From positions 1 to 41,204 of the IMG/VR virus record IMGVR_UViG_3300020045_003209: DNA of 41,204 nucleotides; one strand, 5' to 3'. Each line of letters starts with the position of its first letter. Positions within the stretch are counted from its first letter, which is position 1. Below the pieces are notes generated by a model, which saw nothing but the letters and a program-made list of their open reading frames with translations, was not told the origin of the DNA and did not search any database. The DNA comes from a virus (taxonomy: Duplodnaviria > Caudoviricetes). Made by a program: the position numbers and the translations under genes. Shown in pieces: positions 36,814 through 41,204 of this stretch.

Positions 36814-37047
36814 ATGAACAAAAACTTAAAGCGTCATTTAGTTAGTGCAGGAGTAACTTTTGTTGGGACTTTCATTGTTGCATTTATTGCAACTGTAACT
36901 GCAGAAGATGTTACTTTCTCTAAAGAATTAATTTTCTCTGCATTATCTGGAGCAATAGTAACTGGAGGTAGAGCAATAACTAAAATTATATATGAAATAG
37001 GGACAGACCTTATTCAGTCTGGTCAAAAAATAGATAGTGGAATATAA
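36814..37047 (+). CDS. Putative holin
   Basis: Two hydrophobic helices, directly after endolysin. Confidence 0.7.
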   Translation: MNKNLKRHLVSAGVTFVGTFIVAFIATVTAEDVTFSKELIFSALSGAIVTGGRAITKIIYEIGTDLIQSGQKIDSGI

Positions 37048-37051
37048 TAAC

Positions 37052-37078
37052 AAAATCCCCAAAAAGTGGGGATTTTTT
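37052..37078. terminator. Bidirectional intrinsic terminator
   Basis: AAAATCCCCA-AAAAG-TGGGGATTTTTT. Confidence 0.85.
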
Positions 37079-37079
37079 A

Positions 37080-37416
37080 CTAATATATTAATTTACGCCA
37101 GTATAGGATTTGCACCTATCCAGTATTCACTACTGTTTCTATAATTACTGGCATACATCATTAACCAAGATGTGGGGTGATATTATTTATCCTTCCCCAA
37201 GTTACTTATGTGGCGATTTCACTTGGGATTATCTGGGTAGCGGATTTCATTCAATGGATTTCACATTGAGTCGTACAGTCCACTCTTCCCATAACGAGTG
37301 AAGCATACCTAGCCTTATGTCCCCACATTCCACCTGTGAACATTAGCTTGTGTTAATTGTTTCTTATCACTCTGTGATAGTTTTTTATTTAAAAAATGGT
37401 GTCCTATACAGATGAT
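37080..37416 (-). ncRNA. Putative ~340-nt structured ncRNA with 3' tRNA-like module (37155-37094)
   Basis: Own promoter, terminator, no long ORF, nested stems, T-arm ATAGG-TGCAAAT-CCTAT stacked on TGCCAGT/ACTGGCG. Confidence 0.65.
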
Positions 37417-37422
37417 ATATAA

Positions 37423-37493
37423 AGTATATTACTAAAAATATAAATGTGCAATAGTGGATAAATTATTGACATGAAAAACATATATGAGATAAT
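37423..37493. promoter_or_regulatory. Divergent promoter pair around a DnaA-like box
   Basis: Minus: TTATCCACT (37461-37453), TTGCAC-17-TATACT. Plus: TTGACA 37466-37471, 16 bp, TG-n-GATAAT. Confidence 0.75.
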
Positions 37494-37688
37494 TAAACTG
37501 TTATTAAGCTAGGACATTTAATAACAATAATTTAGACTCGGAATTACGAAATGATTATTGGGAGTTAGGACAGCACACTAAACAAGATAACACAGACGGA
37601 TTCATTAGTTTAAATTACCCTAGAAAGCCGTACCTTTGAAGATGCATTAAATTAAATCTCTATCAAATGTGCGGTTTTTCTATTATAC

Positions 37689-37735
37689 TTATCCACACCC
37701 TAACACTTGCACGATATTTGCAATAGGTATATAAT
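37689..37735 (+). promoter_or_regulatory. Early promoter with DnaA box
   Basis: TTATCCACA 37689-37697; TTGCAC 37707-37712; 17 bp; TATAAT 37730-37735. Confidence 0.8.
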
Positions 37736-37834
37736 ATATGTGTAGGGGTTATGAGGTGGAAACGACTTCTTGGTTACGACTGGGAATATCGTTGAAACCT
37801 CATCGAACTACTTTATTATTTAATAACAAAGTTT

Positions 37835-37960
37835 ATGGACAATTTTTTAAAAACATTTAGTGAATTATCACAAGAAGATGAAGAAAGATTAACTTATGAA
37901 AAAAGATTAGAGGAAGCAGAACAGGCAGATAGGTCATATTACGAAGAACAAGAAGATTAA
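37835..37960 (+). CDS. Small acidic protein (41 aa), first early gene
   Basis: MDNFLKTFSELSQEDEERLTYEKRLEEAEQADRSYYEEQED. Confidence 0.65.
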   Translation: MDNFLKTFSELSQEDEERLTYEKRLEEAEQADRSYYEEQED

Positions 37961-38041
37961 TAAAAAACACAGCAAGAGTTTATGAAGAACTTGCTGTGCT
38001 AGGAGTAGTCGTACTCCCAAAACTATAATAACACAAAGTTT

Positions 38042-38260
38042 ATGGAAAAGAAATCACAAAAAGATATAATCCGTGAAAAATTAGAAAAAGAGGGTGTCAT
38101 AACAAATCTTTGGGCAATACAAAATGGAATATGGAGACTCTCTGATATTATTTTACATTTAAGGCGTGATGATAGAATGAATATAACAACTGAATACAAT
38201 ACAGAATTAGTTGGGAAAAATACTCATTATCATCTTGTTAGAAAAAATACACTATGGTAA
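38042..38260 (+). CDS. Winged-helix DNA-binding protein
   Basis: SQKDII..L..G.IT..AI..GIWRLSDII.HLR..I.T pattern. Confidence 0.7.
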   Translation: MEKKSQKDIIREKLEKEGVITNLWAIQNGIWRLSDIILHLRRDDRMNITTEYNTELVGKNTHYHLVRKNTLW

Positions 38261-38269
38261 AATTAAGAG

Positions 38270-38641
38270 ATGAGAGCAAAAAAAGATAGACTAAAAGATA
38301 ATGCTTGGAAAACATTTAGTGAATATATAAGGAAACGAGATAAAAAATGTTTTACTTGTCCGAATGGGTTAGCTGAAAATGCAGGACATTTCTATCATAA
38401 TGTATTAGATTTTGATGAGGAAAATATAAATGGTCAATGTGTGAGATGTAATAAATGGCTTTCTGGTAATCTAGCAATCTACTCCCATAACCTCTTAGTA
38501 AAAATTGGCAAGAAAAGATTTGATGATTTATATATCCGTCATTATAGGGCTATGAAAAGTGAAAAACACGAAGAAAAGTATTACGAGGACATTATTAGTA
38601 AGTATAAGGAGAAGATTAGACTCATAGATAGCTCTATTTAG
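38270..38641 (+). CDS. ninG: NinG/Rap-family recombination endonuclease
   Basis: FSEYIRKRD..CFTC..AGHF..FDEENINGQCVRCN..LSGN. Confidence 0.9.
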   Translation: MRAKKDRLKDNAWKTFSEYIRKRDKKCFTCPNGLAENAGHFYHNVLDFDEENINGQCVRCNKWLSGNLAIYSHNLLVKIGKKRFDDLYIRHYRAMKSEKHEEKYYEDIISKYKEKIRLIDSSI

Positions 38642-38700
38642 CCTAAAACTGCCCCTAGAAACGATTTTAAGTAAGAAAACGAAGTATTAGCTATTCAAAC

Positions 38701-38725
38701 AAAAATGCCCCAAAATGAGGCATTT
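38701..38725 (-). terminator. Intrinsic terminator (stronger on minus strand)
   Basis: Minus: AAATGCCTCA-TTT-TGGGGCATTTTT. Confidence 0.7.
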
Positions 38726-38838
38726 AAGCTAAATTTATTTTCATGAGAAAGTTTTATTTACGCTAACTTTCATAAACGCTTTAGAGCTGGATAAACCAAC
38801 ATTTATATAATAGCACAATTAATAGATTTGTAAAGTAT

Positions 38839-38877
38839 TTATCAACAGTTGCACAATATATTAGATAGGTTTAATAT
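38839..38877 (+). promoter_or_regulatory. Promoter with DnaA-like box
   Basis: TTATCAACA, TTGCAC 38849-38854, 17 bp, TAATAT. Confidence 0.65.
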
Positions 38878-38955
38878 ATAAATATGCGTGCAGGTGTAAA
38901 TAATTGGACTTGCCTTATCAGCAACCATCCCGCTTAAAAATCCTGCTATGATAAA

Positions 38956-39078
38956 ATGAAACACAAAGAAATTAAAAAAATCCAATTCGGAGGATGGAAT
39001 AAAAAAAGATATAAACAAATCCGAAAACTATTAAAAGTAAGAGAAGAAAAAGAGTTAGGTATTAAGTTTTTAAAATGA
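38956..39078 (+). CDS. Small basic protein (40 aa)
   Basis: MKHKEIKKIQFGGWNKKRYKQIRKLL... Confidence 0.45.
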   Translation: MKHKEIKKIQFGGWNKKRYKQIRKLLKVREEKELGIKFLK

Positions 39079-39197
39079 TATAATGTTAGTGTAGCAATCC
39101 GAAATTGCTATGAATTATTAGTTAGTCTTGCGTTCTTTAGCCTCAATCCATATTACTCGCAAGGCGATATGGGTTAGGACTAAAGAAACAAAAATAT

Positions 39198-39872
39198 ATG
39201 GCAAACAAAAGAATGATAGCAAAGCAAATTATAGATAGCGATGCTTTTTTAGATATGCCAACGAGTTCTCAGGTCTTATACTTTCATTTAATTATGAGAG
39301 CAGACGATGAGGGTTTTGTTGGTAATCCTAAAAAAATTATGCGAGAAATAGGAGTCGGTGAAGATGATTTTAAAATCTTAATAGCTAAAAGATTTTTACT
39401 AACTTTTGAAAATGGGGTAATTGTAATTAAACATTGGCTTATTCATAATGCAATTAGAATGGATAGATTTAATCCTACTTCATATCAAGATGAGAAAAAA
39501 CTCTTACAAATTAAAGATAATAAAGCGTATACAGAATGTCAACCAAATGGCAACCAGTTGGTACCACAAGTTAAGTTAAGTAAAGTTAATATAAGAGAAG
39601 ATAAAATAGAATCCTCCATCTCTTTCTTAAAAGAAATACCAGAAGAAGTTATAGTAGAATTTACTACAAAATTTAAGTGTGATAAATCTCAAGTAAAAAT
39701 AAAAGCAAATGCTTTAGTAGATTATTGTAAATCAAAAGGTAAGGTTTATAAAAATTATAAATCATTTTTATCTAATGCTCTTAGGAGTGATTTTGGAGAA
39801 AGACCACCAAAAGAAAAAGTTCCTAACTATGTTGTAGAAGATGGTGTAGCAGTAATGAAAGGATATAAATAA
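39198..39872 (+). CDS. Phage replication initiator/replisome organizer
   Basis: MANKRMIAKQIIDSDAFLDMP.SSQ.LYFHL.MRADDEGFV; C-terminal KGKVYKNY. Confidence 0.88.
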   Translation: MANKRMIAKQIIDSDAFLDMPTSSQVLYFHLIMRADDEGFVGNPKKIMREIGVGEDDFKILIAKRFLLTFENGVIVIKHWLIHNAIRMDRFNPTSYQDEKKLLQIKDNKAYTECQPNGNQLVPQVKLSKVNIREDKIESSISFLKEIPEEVIVEFTTKFKCDKSQVKIKANALVDYCKSKGKVYKNYKSFLSNALRSDFGERPPKEKVPNYVVEDGVAVMKGYK

Positions 39873-39884
39873 TATAGAGAATAG

Positions 39885-39929
39885 TTATCCCCAGTTTTAC
39901 TTGCATACACTTTGCAAAAATGCTAATAT
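39885..39929 (+). promoter_or_regulatory. Promoter with DnaA-like box for recombination operon
   Basis: TTATCCCCA-GTTTTAC-TTGCAT-17-TAATAT (TG extension); 22-bp upstream part nearly identical to 1826 promoter. Confidence 0.7.
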
Positions 39930-39967
39930 ATAAACACAGGGTTAGTCGCCTGTAATTAACAAAATAT

Positions 39968-40111
39968 ATGATAGAAAATAAAGAAATTTTAATCACTTGG
40001 CAAGAAAATGAATTACTTAAAACGCTATTATCACCAATAGCTGAAGACGATGGTAATTCAAACTTTATAAGGAAAGTGGCAGTCAATTTATTAACAAAAT
40101 TAGAAGAATAA
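39968..40111 (+). CDS. Hypothetical 47-aa protein
   Basis: First ORF after promoter, coupled to annealase. Confidence 0.55.
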   Translation: MIENKEILITWQENELLKTLLSPIAEDDGNSNFIRKVAVNLLTKLEE

Positions 40112-40117
40112 AAGTTT

Positions 40118-40816
40118 ATGGAAACAAAACCCGCAGTAATAAAAAAGTCTATTCCATCATTGGAAGATTTGTATAGTGATAAAGCTATAATCAATAAGCA
40201 AAACCAGCTCAATATAATTTTAAATGCTGAACCTAAAAAAGATTGGATTAAACAACACCCTTTCGTAAAAAACTTAAATTATCTACCTATTGAAAGAGTT
40301 GAATATCTTTTAACAATGATATTTGCAAAATGGAGAGTAGAAGTAAAAGAAATTAAATTACTAGCAAATAGTATTGTAACGACTGTAAGAGTTTGGGTTT
40401 TAGACCCAATTACAGGAGAATGGGACTATCAAGACGGTATAGGTGCTATGCCTATCCAAGTGCAAAAAGGAAGTGGGGCTACTGAATTTGATAAAATGAA
40501 CTCTAGTGCTGTTCAAATAGGAAGTCCAGCAAGTGAGAGTTTTGCCATTAAAGACGCTTGTGAAAAGTTTGGTCGCATATTTGGTAAAGACTTAAACCGA
40601 AAAGATAACATAAATTATGACCGACTTTATCAAATGATTGGAATGAATGAAATAGTAAACAATCCATCTTTAACCGAAGAAGTTAGAAAAGAGGTTGAAA
40701 ATACTACTACACTTGAACAATTAAATATCGTTAGTAAAAAATATAGTGGTTTAGGAATTGAATTTGATAAATTGGTCGGAGAACAAAAAAAGTTTATTGA
40801 AAACGCAGATAAATAA
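40118..40816 (+). CDS. Rad52/Sak-like single-strand annealing protein
   Basis: YLPIERVEYLL.MIF..W; DGIGA; A.S.AIKDA.EKFG.IFGKDL; in operon with YqaJ and SSB. Confidence 0.8.
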   Translation: METKPAVIKKSIPSLEDLYSDKAIINKQNQLNIILNAEPKKDWIKQHPFVKNLNYLPIERVEYLLTMIFAKWRVEVKEIKLLANSIVTTVRVWVLDPITGEWDYQDGIGAMPIQVQKGSGATEFDKMNSSAVQIGSPASESFAIKDACEKFGRIFGKDLNRKDNINYDRLYQMIGMNEIVNNPSLTEEVRKEVENTTTLEQLNIVSKKYSGLGIEFDKLVGEQKKFIENADK

Positions 40817-40817
40817 T

Positions 40818-41063
40818 ATGAGGGGAGATTTAAAAAAACAAAAGAATAAAATTAAGTGGGAAAAAGGAACACAAGATTTAGAAAACTTTTTATATGAAAA
40901 TGAACTCTATGAAAATGCAGAACAATATAGTCCATATCACTTTAGAATTAAAGGAAAACAAATAGTAGATATTTGGGCAGGTCCTAAAAAATTCTTTATA
41001 AAAGGTATGAGTGGTTCGTCTCGCTATGATAACATTAATGAACTTAAAAAATACTTATGCTAA
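40818..41063 (+). CDS. Hypothetical protein
   Basis: ATG 40818 follows annealase stop; stop overlaps YqaJ start in the circular genome. Confidence 0.65.
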   Translation: MRGDLKKQKNKIKWEKGTQDLENFLYENELYENAEQYSPYHFRIKGKQIVDIWAGPKKFFIKGMSGSSRYDNINELKKYLC

Positions 41064-41103
41064 AAATCTTTAACTGTGAACAAAAATCAGAAGAATGGTT
41101 TAA

Positions 41104-41204
41104 ACTCCTCTTTCAATATCTTCTGTTGTAAACTTTTCTTTATCGGATATTGAATACTTTTGAGCCATTTTGTCCCAACATAAAGTATTTAGCCCTGCCC
41201 CTTG
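41104..41204 (-). repeat. Inverted copy of 196-296 (probable chimeric contig end)
   Basis: 101-bp exact reverse complement joined at 5-bp microhomology ACTCC. Confidence 0.85.

Noticed and set aside
37094-37160. Cobalamin riboswitch, tmRNA or canonical tRNA
   Set aside because: GGTGCAAATCC..ACTG resembles the B12 T-loop but GGGAA and the B12 box are missing; no tmRNA tag or Ala identity; no D-arm, U33 loop or CCA
37110-37301. 63-aa plus-strand ORF
   Set aside because: TTG start, atypical composition, lies after the terminator and antisense to the promoter-supported structured RNA
247-40212. Minus-strand and nested ORFs in the track (e.g. 18845-19345, 13234-13668, 39823-40212, 2770-2979)
   Set aside because: Shadows of plus-strand genes with no motifs; only 13399-14010 has a real domain and promoter
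41104-41204. Terminal inverted repeat or hairpin telomere
   Set aside because: It copies an internal gene segment (196-296), is joined at 5-bp microhomology and lies beyond the circular overlap; typical template-switch chimera
1-41204. Stop-codon recoding or integrated prophage
   Set aside because: Genes are intact and densely packed in code 11, with TGA/TAG used as stops; no integrase, clear repressor switch or host genes

Overview
Apparently complete, circularly permuted ~40,960-bp dsDNA tailed-phage genome (63-bp terminal overlap 86-148 = 41046-41108; both extreme ends carry short chimeric tails). It is AT-rich, all credible protein genes are on the + strand, and almost none has a Shine-Dalgarno. 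Together with gene style this suggests a Patescibacteria/CPR-like host (inference only). Early region (37.7 kb through the origin to 7.9 kb): NinG, replication initiator, Rad52-like annealase, YqaJ exonuclease, SSB, many small ORFs and HNH endonucleases. Packaging region: TerS, a phage GroES/GroEL pair with a degenerate ATPase site, and an intein-split lambda-gpA-type TerL. Then a podovirus-like morphogenesis module and lysis genes. No integrase, CRISPR array or reverse transcriptase is visible. Most notable: (1) the TerL intein carries its HNH endonuclease as a separate overprinted gene in another frame, with its own embedded sigma70 promoter and a leaderless start; (2) a rich non-coding layer: a ~340-nt antisense RNA ending in a D-armless tRNA-like module, a second tRNA-like module abutting a start codon, two RNAs bracketed by 25-29 bp G.U-rich stems, recurrent 5' pseudoknot/attenuator leaders and DnaA-box-coupled promoters; (3) a shared N-terminal docking module on three virion proteins. 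All calls are from motif recognition by eye; no searches were run.
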